Shown here piece after piece: positions 21,537-34,953 of a DNA stretch of 64,000 nucleotides. The position numbers and the translations under genes were made by a program. The stretch's first letter is position 1. Each line of letters opens with the position of its first letter. This DNA is from Eledone cirrhosa (taxonomy: Eukaryota). Below the pieces are notes generated by a model. That model ran no database searches and was not told the DNA's origin. It worked only from the letters and a program-made list of their open reading frames with translations. The DNA is taken from the NCBI GenBank assembly GCA_964016885.1, contig OZ024743.1, forward strand, positions 366,110,001-366,174,000. Direction: 5' to 3'.

Positions 21537-21758
21537 CTAATGGGTACAATTTGTACTACTAGAACGTTTGGGTTTATAATAAAAGTAAGAATTAGAAATA
21601 GTGTGGGGACAAGAAGAGAATATCTCAGACTTTCTATTAAGTAAGGATACGCTAGAGAAAATTATAGAGTGTCTCTCAAGGATACAGAGATTACAAAACT
21701 TAGTATGTGTAGAAAGTTGGTTAGAGCGTGCTACTAAACGCCAGTTAAGGCTATATGG
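21537..21758 (-). pseudogene. C-terminus of PLE GIY-YIG endonuclease
   Basis: [11 protein letters not shown]...[12 protein letters not shown]...[14 protein letters not shown] matches the W..CxLCxxE..LLNxxSE..CxH ending of one PLE group (possibly Naiad; clade call uncertain). Confidence 0.75.
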
Positions 21759-21798
21759 TAAAAACTTTTGATGTGTGTATATATATATATATATATAT

Positions 21799-21849
<51 letters not shown>

Positions 21850-22014
21850 TATATATATATACACATATACACACACATATATATATATACACATATACAC
21901 ACATATATACACATATACACACATATATATACACATATACACACATATATATATATATACACATATACACATATATATACACATATACACACATATATAT
22001 ATATATACACATAT

Positions 22015-22061
<47 letters not shown>

Positions 22062-22087
22062 TACATATACACACGCATATATATATA

Positions 22088-22242
22088 CTGTAAACGTGGT
22101 TGGTGTTAGGAAGGGCATCCAGCCGCAGAAAACCCGCCAGACAGTCCTATGCGAGCAAGACAACCACTCTTGCCTCAAGTGGGAAAACTCCCGTCCAAAC
22201 CCATGCAAGCGTGGAATATGGACGTTAAACAATGATGATGAT
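22088..22242 (+). mobile_element. 3'-terminal fragment of an RTE-related element
   Basis: GGTTGGTGTTAGGAAGGGCATCCAGC...CCCGTC.AA.CCCATGC.AGCGTGGAA...GGACGT..AAC..(TGA)n, colinear with 16436-16611 but with a different middle; flanked by TA tracts. Confidence 0.8.
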
Positions 22243-22250
22243 ATACACAC

Positions 22251-22479
<229 letters not shown>

Positions 22480-22485
22480 CATATG

Positions 22486-22536
<51 letters not shown>

Positions 22537-22567
22537 GTATATATATATATATATATATGTATATATA

Positions 22568-23794
22568 AAGGCCTTTGACAGGGTTGATCATAACATTCTA
22601 CTGAGAAAGCTGTCCAATATTGGTGTCACTGGAAAGCTGCTGCAGTGGATCAAGAGCTTCCTGTCAAACAGAACCCAACATGTTGTAGTTGAGGGAGTCA
22701 AATCCAGCCCAGCCAAAGTCAGTAGTGGGGTCCCACAAGGCACTGTGTTGGGCCCACTTCTCTTCATCATCTATATTAATGACATCACTGACATCATCAA
22801 ACACAGCAACATTAAAATTTTCGCTGATGATTCCAAGCTCCAAAAGGTCATCAATGGCGTGGATGACCGGATAAGCCTTCAGTCAGACCTACTGGCTGTT
22901 ACCCAATGGGCAGAAAAGAACAACATGTTACTGAACGAAGACAAATTCGAACTGATCCACTTTGGAAAAGAGGATGCTCTGAAACTCCCGTACTCCCTTC
23001 CCTCCGGGGAAACTCTCGTGGCATCTAACAACATCAGAGACTTGGGAGTAACCGTGGACAGCAACATAAGCTGGACCACGCATATAAGCAGCAAAGTTGA
23101 CATGGCCCGCAGAATGTGTTCCTGGATCCTCAGAACCTTCCAGTCGAGAGATTCCCGCACCATTATCCTTCTCTTCTCTACTTTCGCCCGACCACACCTT
23201 GAATACTGTTGTCCACTGTGGTCTCCCCACACGAAACAAAGTATCATGAAACTTGAAACTCCTCAAAGGGCAATCACGAAAAAGATAGATGGCATGTCAG
23301 ACCTTGACTACTGGGGTCGATTGGAAAACCTGAAACTTTACTCACTCCAACGTCGCCGTGAGCGTTATATTATCTGCATGATGTGGAAAATGTTCCATCA
23401 TCACTGCCCAAATGATGTTGGCATCGCCTTCAAGATACACCCAAGGCTTGGGCCCCGTGCTATCCGTCCCATTCAAAAATCTAAATCGCAACTCATAACA
23501 ACAATACGGCACAATTATTTCACCTCAATCGGCCCTGCTCTCTTCAACATCACACCAGGACACGTCAAAACAGAAACTGACCACACAAAATTCAAGAAGT
23601 CTTTGGACAAATTCCTCCAAGTAATCCCGGACAAACCACCCACACCCGGATATGTCTCCGCAAACAGTAATTCTCTTCTCGAATGGGCCATGGTGCCCAA
23701 ATCCTGAATTGAAAGACTTCGCCAGGTGGTGCTATTAAGTTAGACATGGCCTGGGCCAATACTGGCCAAAACATTTCAAAGTTATTCAAAGTTA
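22568..23794 (+). mobile_element. 5'-truncated CR1-group LINE (RT and C-terminus, open to stop at 23707)
   Basis: [58 protein letters not shown]; 3' end (TTCAAAGTTA)2; both ends in (TA)n. Confidence 0.92.
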
Positions 23795-23850
23795 TATATA
23801 TGTATGTATATATATATGTATGTATGTATATATGTATGTATATATATATG

Positions 23851-23893
<43 letters not shown>

Positions 23894-24182
23894 GTATATA
23901 TATATGTATATATATATGTATATATATATGTATATATATATATGTATATATATATATGTATGTATATATATATATGTATATGTATGTATATATATATATA
24001 TGTATGTATATATATATATGTATGTATATATATATATGTATATATATATATGTATATATATGTATATGTATGTATGTATATATGTATATATGTATATATG
24101 TATGTATGTATATATGTATATATATATGTATATATGTATATGTATGTATATGTATGTATGTATATGTATATATATGTATATG

Positions 24183-24213
<31 letters not shown>

Positions 24214-24328
24214 GTATATATATGTATGTATATATATGTATATATATGTATGTATATATGTATATATATGTATGTATATATGTATATATATATATGTATA
24301 TATGTATATATATGTATATATATGTATG

Positions 24329-24363
<35 letters not shown>

Positions 24364-24380
24364 GTATATATATGTATATG

Positions 24381-24427
<47 letters not shown>

Positions 24428-24602
24428 GTATATATGTATATATATGTATCTATATATGTATGTATATGTATATGTATATATATATATATGTATATGTATA
24501 TGTATATATATGTATCTATATATGTATGTATATGTATATGTATATATATATATATGTATATGTATATGTATATATATATATATGTATATATATATGTATA
24601 TG

Positions 24603-24653
<51 letters not shown>

Positions 24654-25070
24654 GTATATATGTATATATATGTATCTATATATGTATATATATGTATATA
24701 TATATATGTATATATATATATGTATATATATATATGTATATATATGTATATATATATATGTATATATATATATGTATATATATATATGTATATATATGTA
24801 TATGTATATATATGTATTTATGTATATATATGTATCTATATATGTATATATATGTATATATATATGTATATATATATATGTATATATGTATATATATATG
24901 TATATATGTATATGTATATATTTATGTGTATATGTATATGTATATATGTATATGTGTATATATATATATGTGTATATGTATGTATATGTATATATATATG
25001 TGTATATGTATATATATATATGTGTATATGTATATATATATATATGTGTATATATATATATATGTATATG

Positions 25071-25101
<31 letters not shown>

Positions 25102-25118
25102 GTGTATGTATATATATA

Positions 25119-25149
<31 letters not shown>

Positions 25150-25248
25150 GTGTATATATATATATATGTATATGTGTATATATATATATATGTATATGTA
25201 TATATATGTGTATATGTATATATATATATATATATATGTATATGTATA

Positions 25249-25281
<33 letters not shown>

Positions 25282-25288
25282 GTATATG

Positions 25289-25319
<31 letters not shown>

Positions 25320-26049
25320 GTATGTGTATATGTATATATATGTGTATATGTATATATATGTATATGTATATGTATATATATATATATATGTATGTGTATA
25401 TGTATATATATGTGTATATGTATGTATATATATATATATGTGTATATGTATGTATATATATATATATGTGTATATGTATATATATATATATGTGTATATG
25501 TATGTATATATATATATATGTGTATATGTATATATATATATATGTGTATATGTATGTATATATATATATATGTGTATATGTATGTATATATATATATATG
25601 TGTATATGTATGTATATATATATATATGTGTATATGTATGTATATATATGTGTATATGTATATATATATATATATGTGTATATGTATATATATATATATA
25701 TGTGTATATGTATGTATATATATGTGTATATGTATGTATATATATATATATGTATGTATATATATGTGTATATGTATGTATGTATATATATGTGTATATG
25801 TATGTATATATATATATATATGTGTATATGTATATATATATATATGTGTATATGTATATATATATATATATGTGTATATGTATGTATATATATATATATA
25901 TATATGTGTATATGTATGTATATATATATATATATATATGTGTATATGTATGTATATATATATATATATATGTGTATATGTTTGGGTGCGGATGCATTCA
26001 TGTATATATGTGTGTGTCCGCATGTATCTGTGTTTCTAAATATATATAT

Positions 26050-26083
<34 letters not shown>

Positions 26084-26464
26084 ATATGTGTATATGTATA
26101 TATATATATGTGTATATGTATATATGTATATATATATATGTGTATATGTATATATATATATATATATATATGTGTATATGTATATATGCATATATATATA
26201 TGTGTATATGTATATATGCATATATATATATATGTGTATATGTATATATATATATATATATATGTGTATATGTATATATATATATATATATATATGTGTA
26301 TATGTATATATATATATATATGTGTATATGTATATATATATATGTGTATATGTATATATATATATGTGTATATGTATATATATATATATATGTGTATATG
26401 TATATATATATGTATATATATATATATGTGTGTATATGTATATATATATATATATGTGTATATG

Positions 26465-26497
<33 letters not shown>
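23795..26497. repeat. (TA)n/(TATG)n tract
   Basis: Directly visible; short non-repetitive patch at about 25980-26040. Confidence 0.95.
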
Positions 26498-26719
26498 TTC
26501 GTTTCTGAATTTGTTTAGCAAGATTCTTTATCTGAAATCGTGTGTTGAAACCGATATTATTATACTTTGGGAGGGTCATGTTGCCAATGAGAAACACACT
26601 CACCAGTTGCTTTCACTTCAATTTATTATATATTTATAAATTTACAAATCTACAAACTTATAAATTTATAAATTTCTGGTTGGTTGGTTGGTTCCACAAC
26701 CAGATAGTTGTTTATATAT

Positions 26720-26764
26720 AGTCATAGTCCTTTCGTCACACACTCTGTGACCTCTTCAGTGACT
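26720..26764 (-). ncRNA. Minimal type I hammerhead ribozyme (family H3)
   Basis: Minus: AGUCA-CUGAAGA-g GUCACA gagug UGUGAC-GAAA-GGAC-UA/UGACU; 5-bp stem I, 6-bp stem II. Confidence 0.85.
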
Positions 26765-26964
26765 GGGGATTCCTTTCTTTGTTTCTGTGCCTTTCCTTTC
26801 TTCTATCCTACGCCATTTTGTTTCTCTGTGTGTGTTGTGTGCTCAGTTTGCGCATGCGCCACATCCGGGTGTCTGTGTGTGTTTGTGTTCATTTATCTAT
26901 TTGTTTATTTATTTATTGTTGGTTGGTTGTTTGTTCTATGTGTGTGTGTGTTTTCATTTTGTCC

Positions 26965-28149
26965 TTAATTGTAAGTTGTGATGTTGCTGTTCCACTCATA
27001 TTTTCTATTTAATTTTGGTTGTAATTCTTTTATGCTTACTGCCTCTGTAATTTGCCTAAACATTGCATCTTTTCTGTGTGTGGATTCTATTTTTATTTCT
27101 ATGTTCTCTAATCTACCCCTGTGCTCTATCTTAGCATGTTGGTAGAGCACAGATGATTCTTTATTATCTTGAAGGTCTCGCCAGTGTTCATTTATTCGTT
27201 CCCCTATACTACGAACTGTCTCACCTATGTACACTATATTTTTGTTTCTAGATTGTCCTTCAGTACATCTTATACTATACACTACATTTTTAGTTTTACA
27301 GTTAATATGGGGGCTTATTTTACAGGTTATACATTTCTTATCTATACATGAGGGTCTTTGGAACGGGTATGTCTTGCTAATAAGTGTTTTTACGGAGGTA
27401 CCTGGTCTTTCTACTATCTTAATATTGAGTTTATGTTTATTTAGGGCCCTTCTAAATTTGTAGGCTAGTTCGCCTCTAGGGGTTGTATTGATGAACATTA
27501 CACTCTGGTATTTATTGCTATCATACCATGCGTTTATTCTATTGGCCTTGTTCCTAGTTCTTTCCATTCTATTCCAAAATTTGCTCCTATACAAGGGGCA
27601 ATTGCCATTTATGTCATTATTTACCATTTTTTCCCATTTGGTTCTGGCTCCTCTATACACTCTGATTCTATCTCTCTGATTGTAGCCAGAGAACTGCATA
27701 CGGTGGATGAAGTGTTGTATGTGTCTCTCTAGTTCTTCGGGGTTGCACATGCGGGACACATTTCTCATCACCCGTACCAAATCCGCAATCAGTATGTTGA
27801 TTTTGGTATGGTCCTAAATGGCCGAGTTTCGGTGGATCAGATGTTTGGAAGTCATGGGTTTGGCATAATGGCAATGGAGGATTTGTTTTTGGTTGTTAAT
27901 GGTATCTAACCAGAGCTCTGTGTCTAGTACAGGTAATCGATGGTTGGGGTGTCTACTTGGGTAGTCTATAATAACTCTAATGCTCTGGTGGATGGAGTTT
28001 GCTATTTGCTGGATGCTTTCCATAGTGTTTTTCTCTAGTTCCTGACTGTTCTTTAGTGGGGGTGTCTTAACTACGATGTTTATATCATCTACGTAGCGGG
28101 AGTACATTATCAGGGTTAAGCTGTCTTCTAATTGTTCTTTAAGAAATTT
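26965..28149 (-). pseudogene. PLE RT C-terminal half + Cys linker + GIY-YIG endonuclease; one in-frame TAG at 27814-27816
   Basis: YSRYVDD, LPVLD, HYAKPM, SGY, CIDKKCITC linker, NVVYSIRC...YIGET.RSIGERINEH, EAVSI...LN; ORFs 27814-28107 and 26965-27780 are in the same frame. Confidence 0.9.
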
Positions 28150-28262
28150 GTTAGTTTGTAGATTTGTAAATTTATAAATTTATAAATATATAATAAATTG
28201 AAGTGAATGCAATTGGTGCGTGTGTTTCTTATTGGCAACATGACCCTCCCAAAGTATAACAA

Positions 28263-28735
<473 letters not shown>

Positions 28736-28841
28736 GTGAATATAGACATAGAATATTCGAAAATATTCTGTATGTTTATAATAAACATTTTGAAGACCTA
28801 ATCGCTATAGAATAGAATACGTCACGTATTACAATTAGATA

Positions 28842-28924
28842 CTCGATAAAAGCAAGGGAAGTAATCTACGCGTTTCATTCTCGTTAGAAATCATCAGGAC
28901 TACATATCCAGTGCTTTTATCGAG
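28842..28924 (-). ncRNA. Type I hammerhead ribozyme (family H4), unit 1
   Basis: Minus: CUCGAUAAAAGCA..GUAGUC-CUGAUGA-u UUCU aacg AGAA u-GAAA-CGCG-UA/GAUUAC..UGCUUUUAUCGAG; predicted cleavage between 28867 and 28866. Confidence 0.9.
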
Positions 28925-29151
28925 AATGACACAGCTAGAGACTTATAGAATACTTAGCTGTGTACAGGAACTGGTTTGAAAGAGCGGTTGCCGGTCCGGC
29001 AGAAATTAGAAATTGGAATAAATGCTCTGAAATAGCGATATATATGTGAATATAGACATAGAATATTCGAAAATATTCTGTATGTTTATAATAAACATTT
29101 TGAAGACCTAATCGCTATAGAATAGAATACGTCACGTATTACAATTAGATA

Positions 29152-29234
29152 CTCGATAAAAGCAAGGGAAGTAATCTACGCATTTCATTCTCGTTAGAAA
29201 TCATCAGGACTACATATCCAGTGCTTTTATCGAG
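29152..29234 (-). ncRNA. Hammerhead H4, unit 2 (stem III UGCG variant)
   Basis: As unit 1 but plus strand reads CTACGCATTTC. Confidence 0.85.
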
Positions 29235-29461
29235 AATGACACAGCTAGAGACTTATAGAATACTTAGCTGTGTACAGGAACTGGTTTGAAAGAGCGGTTG
29301 CCGGTCCGGCAGAAATTAGAAATTGGAATAAATGCTCTGAAATAGCGATATATATGTGAATATAGACATAGAATATTCGAAAATATTCTGTATGTTTATA
29401 ATAAACATTTTGAAGACCTAATCGCTATAGAATAGAATACGTCACGTATTACAATTAGATT

Positions 29462-29544
29462 CTCGATAAAAGCAAGGGAAGTAATCTACGCGTTTCATTC
29501 TCGTTAGAAATCATCAGGACTACATATCCAGTGCTTTTATCGAG
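29462..29544 (-). ncRNA. Hammerhead H4, unit 3
   Basis: As unit 1; the ATTCTCGAT variant lengthens the distal stem I. Confidence 0.9.
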
Positions 29545-29771
29545 AATGACACAGCTAGAGACTTATAGAATACTTAGCTGTGTACAGGAACTGGTTTGAA
29601 AGAGCGGTTGCCGGTCCGGCAGAAATTAGAAATTGGAATAAATGCTCTGAAATAGCGATATATATGTGAATATAGACATAGAATATTCGAAAATATTCTG
29701 TATGTTTATAATAAACATTTTGAAGACCTAATCGCTATAGAATAGAATACGTCACGTATTACAATTAGATT

Positions 29772-29854
29772 CTCGATAAAAGCAAGGGAAGTAATCTACG
29801 CGTTTCATTCTCGTTAGAAATCATCAGGACTACATATCCAGTGCTTTTATCGAG
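29772..29854 (-). ncRNA. Hammerhead H4, unit 4
   Basis: As unit 3. Confidence 0.9.
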
Positions 29855-30081
29855 AATGACACAGCTAGAGACTTATAGAATACTTAGATGTTTACAGGAA
29901 CTGGTTTGAAAGAGCGGTTGCCGGTCCGGCAGAAATTAGAAATTGGAATAAATGCTCTGAAATAGCGATATATATGTGAATATAGACATAGAATATTCGA
30001 AAATATTCTGTATGTTTATAATAAACATTTTGAAGACCTAATCGCTATAGAATAGAATACGTCACGTATTACAATTAGATA

Positions 30082-30164
30082 CTCGATAAAAGCAAGGGAA
30101 GTAATCTACGCGTTTCATTCTCGTTAGAAATCATCAGGACTACATATCCAGTGCTTTTATCGAG
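30082..30164 (-). ncRNA. Hammerhead H4, unit 5
   Basis: As unit 1. Confidence 0.9.
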
Positions 30165-30427
30165 AATGACACAGCTAGAGACTTATAGAATACTTAGCTG
30201 TGTACAGGAACTGGTTTGAAAGAGCGGTTGCCGGTCCGGCAGAAATTAGAAATTGGAATAAATGCTCTGAAATAGCGATATATATGTGAATATAGACATA
30301 GAATATTCGAAAATATTCTGTATGTTTATAATAAACATTTTGAAGACCTAATCGCTATAGAATAGAATACGTCACGTATTACAATTAGATATATATATGT
30401 ATATATATATATGTATATGTATATATG

Positions 30428-30496
<69 letters not shown>

Positions 30497-30515
30497 GTAT
30501 ATATATGTATATATG

Positions 30516-30550
<35 letters not shown>

Positions 30551-30579
30551 GTATATATATGTATATATATGTATATATG

Positions 30580-30682
<103 letters not shown>

Positions 30683-30707
30683 ATATATATATATATGTAT
30701 ATATATG

Positions 30708-30742
<35 letters not shown>

Positions 30743-30753
30743 GTATATATATG

Positions 30754-30804
<51 letters not shown>

Positions 30805-30805
30805 G

Positions 30806-30836
<31 letters not shown>

Positions 30837-30849
30837 GTATATATATATG

Positions 30850-30882
<33 letters not shown>

Positions 30883-30975
30883 GTATATATATGTATGTAT
30901 ACATATGTATATATATATATGTATATATATATATAATATAATAAATAACAAAGAACGCCTATAGCATATGCATAT

Positions 30976-31033
30976 CTTTACTTGCTAACATTGTTTCATC
31001 CGCACTATAAGTGGGACTCATCAGAGCATAAAG
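30976..31033 (-). ncRNA. Type I hammerhead ribozyme (family H5)
   Basis: CUUUA UGCU-CUGAUGA-GUCC CAC uuaua GUG c GGAU-GAAA-CAAUG-UU/AGCA ag UAAAG. Confidence 0.85.
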
Positions 31034-32528
31034 GTTAATTACATACCACACAAGCAATAACAAATCCAAGACATTGAAGAATGAAAAATAATAAAAGATA
31101 AAGGATATTAAGGAAGTAAAAATAAAAATAAAAATAATAAAATAATAAAATAAACAATGAAAAATAATTGAAAAATAAGGGGTGCTATCAGTCACAGTTG
31201 GGCGGGGTGCTGTCAACATATAGTTACATACAAGCATACACATGGATAAGAGAACAGACAAGAGTAGATAAGATAGATAGGATTAGGTAAGAGTAGGTAA
31301 AAAATAGGTGAAAAATAGGTAAAAAATAGACTTATAATATATATAAGAAAATATAAAAAAATATAAAAAACATACATATAAAATATAAAATATACAGATA
31401 ATAGTGATACAGGGTAAGGAATGAAATAAAATAATATAAAATTAAAATTAAAATTATATAAAATAGAACATAATATAATATAATCATAAAATAAGATAAA
31501 ATAAGGTAAACTAAAATAAAATAAAATAGACTAAAATAAAATAATATAATATAAGATATAATTAAATAAATAAATAAATAAAATTAAATAAATAAATAAA
31601 ATTAAAATTAAATAAATAAATAAATAAGTAAATAAATAAATAAATGAAATTAAATAAATAAATAAATAAAATTAAATAAAATGAAATGAAATGAAATAAA
31701 ATAAAATAAAGTAAATTGAGATAAGATATATATTTTTTTAGAATATATTTCTTGAATATATCAGGGGCCCACGAAGGCACTAAGTGTCACAGTTATCAGT
31801 ATCACTTGACCATTTTTTTAGAATATATTTCTTGAATATATCAGGGGCCCACTTAAATCGGGCAATGGCACGTGCGGACATGATTATCTCCGTAGGAATT
31901 CAATTTTATTTTACTACATCTCATCGTATGTATTTATTTTGAATGTATTATCCGTGGTGGTGGGTCTTGCCTAATGTGGTATTTCTGTGTTTAATATCAG
32001 CTTTGACCCGGGTGTCCTACGCTGTGTGTGTGTGCGTGTGTGTCTGTGTATACATTTATATGTGTATGGGTGTAGGTGGTTGTATATGTCTGTATATAAA
32101 AAAATATATATATATGTATACCGTCTCTGCATATGCATGTGGTGTGTATATGTGCATATACGTGCTGAGCATATTGGTGTGTATAATCTTGTGATGTCCC
32201 AATGCGGTGACTTCGTGATATTGGCTCTTGAAGCTATTTTTTATATATCTTTTGTTTTTTTATATAACTTTTGTATGCGCTCCAACTGTGTCTGCTTGCT
32301 TTGGCTAACCTGCCTGCACCTGCTTGCTTTCGGCCCAATTGTCTGCCTCTTGCTACTGCACGTGAATTCTCCTACCTTCCTTCGATGTACCTCTGTTTGA
32401 CCATTGGACTCCTGCCCGGGTGTGAACCGGTTTGTGATTACCCCACCGCTCAACTGTGTGGATACATACCCGTGACTTTCGAGTGAACTTTTGAGACTGC
32501 CCAACCTGGGACGCCTCCATTGCCTTGC

Positions 32529-32690
32529 AATGGTCAAGTGATACTGATAACTGTGACACTTAGTGCCTTCGTGGGCCCCTGATATATTCAAGAAATATAT
32601 TCTAAAAAAATGGTCAAGTGATACTGATAACTGTGACACTTAGTGCCTTCGTGGGCCCCTGATATATTCAAGAAATATATTCTAAAAAAA
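32529..32690 (+). repeat. 80-bp tandem duplication
   Basis: AATGGTCAAGTGATACTG...TTCTAAAAAAA twice; also present, inverted and partial, at about 31733-31852. Confidence 0.9.
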
Positions 32691-33417
32691 TATATATCTT
32701 ATCTCAATTTACTTTATTTTATTTTATTTCATTTCATTTCATTTTATTTAATTTTATTTATTTATTTATTTAATTTCATTTATTTATTTATTTACTTATT
32801 TATTTATTTATTTAATTTTAATTTTATTTATTTATTTAATTTTATTTATTTATTTATTTAATTATATCTTATATTATATTATTTTATTTTAGTCTATTTT
32901 ATTTTAGTTTACCTTATTTTATCTTATTTTATGATTATATTATATTATGTTCTATTTTATATAATTTTAATTTTAATTTTATATTATTTTATTTCATTCC
33001 TTACCCTGTATCACTATTATCTGTATATTTTATATTTTATATGTATGTTTTTTATATTTTTCTTATATATATTATAAGTCTATTTTTTTACCTATTTTTC
33101 AACTATTTTTTACCTACTCTTACCTAATCCTATCTATCTTATCTACTCTTGTCTGTTCTCTTATCCATGTGTATGCTTGTATGTAACTATATGTTGAGAA
33201 GCACCCCGCCCAACTGTGACTGATAGCACCCCTTATTTTTCAATTATTTTTCATTGTTTATTTTATTATTTTTATTCTTATTTTTATTTTTATTTTATTT
33301 TTATTTTTTATTTTTATTTTTATTTTTACTTTTACTTCCTTAATATCCTTTATCTTTTATTATTTTTCATTCTTCAATGTCTTGGATTTGTTATTGCTTG
33401 TGTGGTATGTAATTAAC

Positions 33418-33475
33418 CTTTATGCTCTGATGAGTCCCACTTATAGTGCGGATGAAACAATGTTAGCAAGTAAAG
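33418..33475 (+). ncRNA. Hammerhead H5, plus-strand copy
   Basis: CTGATGA at 33427, GAAA at 33454, predicted cleavage after 33464. Confidence 0.85.
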
Positions 33476-33621
33476 ATATGCATATGCTATAGGCGTTCTT
33501 TGTATTTATTATATCACGGCTCTGTCCTTAGACATCGAGCTAACCTTATACTGCCTGCTGGATAAGTGGAGTGTTATACACCCCTGATCCTCTCCCTAGT
33601 ATACTATATTATATATATATG

Positions 33622-33652
<31 letters not shown>

Positions 33653-33655
33653 GTA

Positions 33656-33686
<31 letters not shown>

Positions 33687-33697
33687 GTCTATATATG

Positions 33698-33728
<31 letters not shown>

Positions 33729-33844
33729 GTATATATATGAATATATATATGTATATATATATATATGTATATATATATTGTATATATATATGTATATATA
33801 TATATATGTATATATATATGTATATATATATGTATGTATATATG

Positions 33845-33897
<53 letters not shown>

Positions 33898-33914
33898 GTG
33901 TATATTATATATAT

Positions 33915-34142
<228 letters not shown>

Positions 34143-34290
34143 TGTATATATATATATGTGTATATATATATATATATGTATATATATATGTATATATATA
34201 TATATATGTATATATATATGTATATATATATGTATATATATGTATATATATATGTATATATATATGTATATATATATGTATATATATATG

Positions 34291-34321
<31 letters not shown>

Positions 34322-34411
34322 GTATATATATATGTATATATATAGTATATATATATATGTATATATGTATGTATATATATATGTATATATATATATATGT
34401 ATATATATATG

Positions 34412-34443
<32 letters not shown>

Positions 34444-34451
34444 TATATGTG

Positions 34452-34487
<36 letters not shown>

Positions 34488-34559
34488 TAATATATATATG
34501 TATATATATATTATATGTATATATATATGTATATATATATATATATGTATATATATATG

Positions 34560-34590
<31 letters not shown>

Positions 34591-34620
34591 GTATATATAT
34601 ATTATATGTATATATATATG

Positions 34621-34657
<37 letters not shown>

Positions 34658-34670
34658 GTATATATATATG

Positions 34671-34701
<31 letters not shown>

Positions 34702-34844
34702 GTATATATATGTATATATGTATATATATATGTATATATATATATGTATATATATATATAGATATATATATATATATGTATATATATATATGTATATATA
34801 TATATAGATATATATATATATATGTGTATATATAAATATATATG

Positions 34845-34953
<109 letters not shown>

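Larger units (their letters stand above)
19192..21774 (-). mobile_element. 5'-truncated Penelope-like element (ORF C-terminus, long AT-rich 3' region, hammerhead)
   Basis: ORF end at 21537-21758, hammerhead at 19341-19385, 16-bp inverted stub at 21759-21774 linking the two ends; interrupted by a SINE. Confidence 0.7.
26498..28262 (-). mobile_element. 5'-truncated Penelope-like element with inverted pLTR piece (28142-28262)
   Basis: RT+GIY-YIG coding region, hammerhead about 200 bp after the stop codon; 28142-28262 is the reverse complement of about 26555-26677 with several differences. Confidence 0.9.
28736..30391 (-). repeat. 310-bp tandem array (5 full units + about 105 bp), one hammerhead per unit; retrozyme-like
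   Basis: Unit starts GTGAATATAGAC at 28736, 29046, 29356, 29666, 29976, 30286; non-coding; units differ by 0-3 substitutions. Confidence 0.95.
30934..33604. mobile_element. PLE-type insertion with ~920-bp inverted arms (30934-31852 and 32571-about 33513) and ~720-bp spacer
   Basis: Arms are reverse complements with few differences; each has a hammerhead; right arm continues about 90 bp further to CCCTAG; no ORF recognised. Confidence 0.8.

Noticed and set aside
22820-22835. CTGATGA motifs here and at about 15357
   Set aside because: They are the codons of the RT (F/Y)ADD motif.
28736-30391. CRISPR-like array
   Set aside because: Whole units repeat with no unique spacers, no cas genes, eukaryotic context; the same applies to the 29-bp and ~55-bp satellites.
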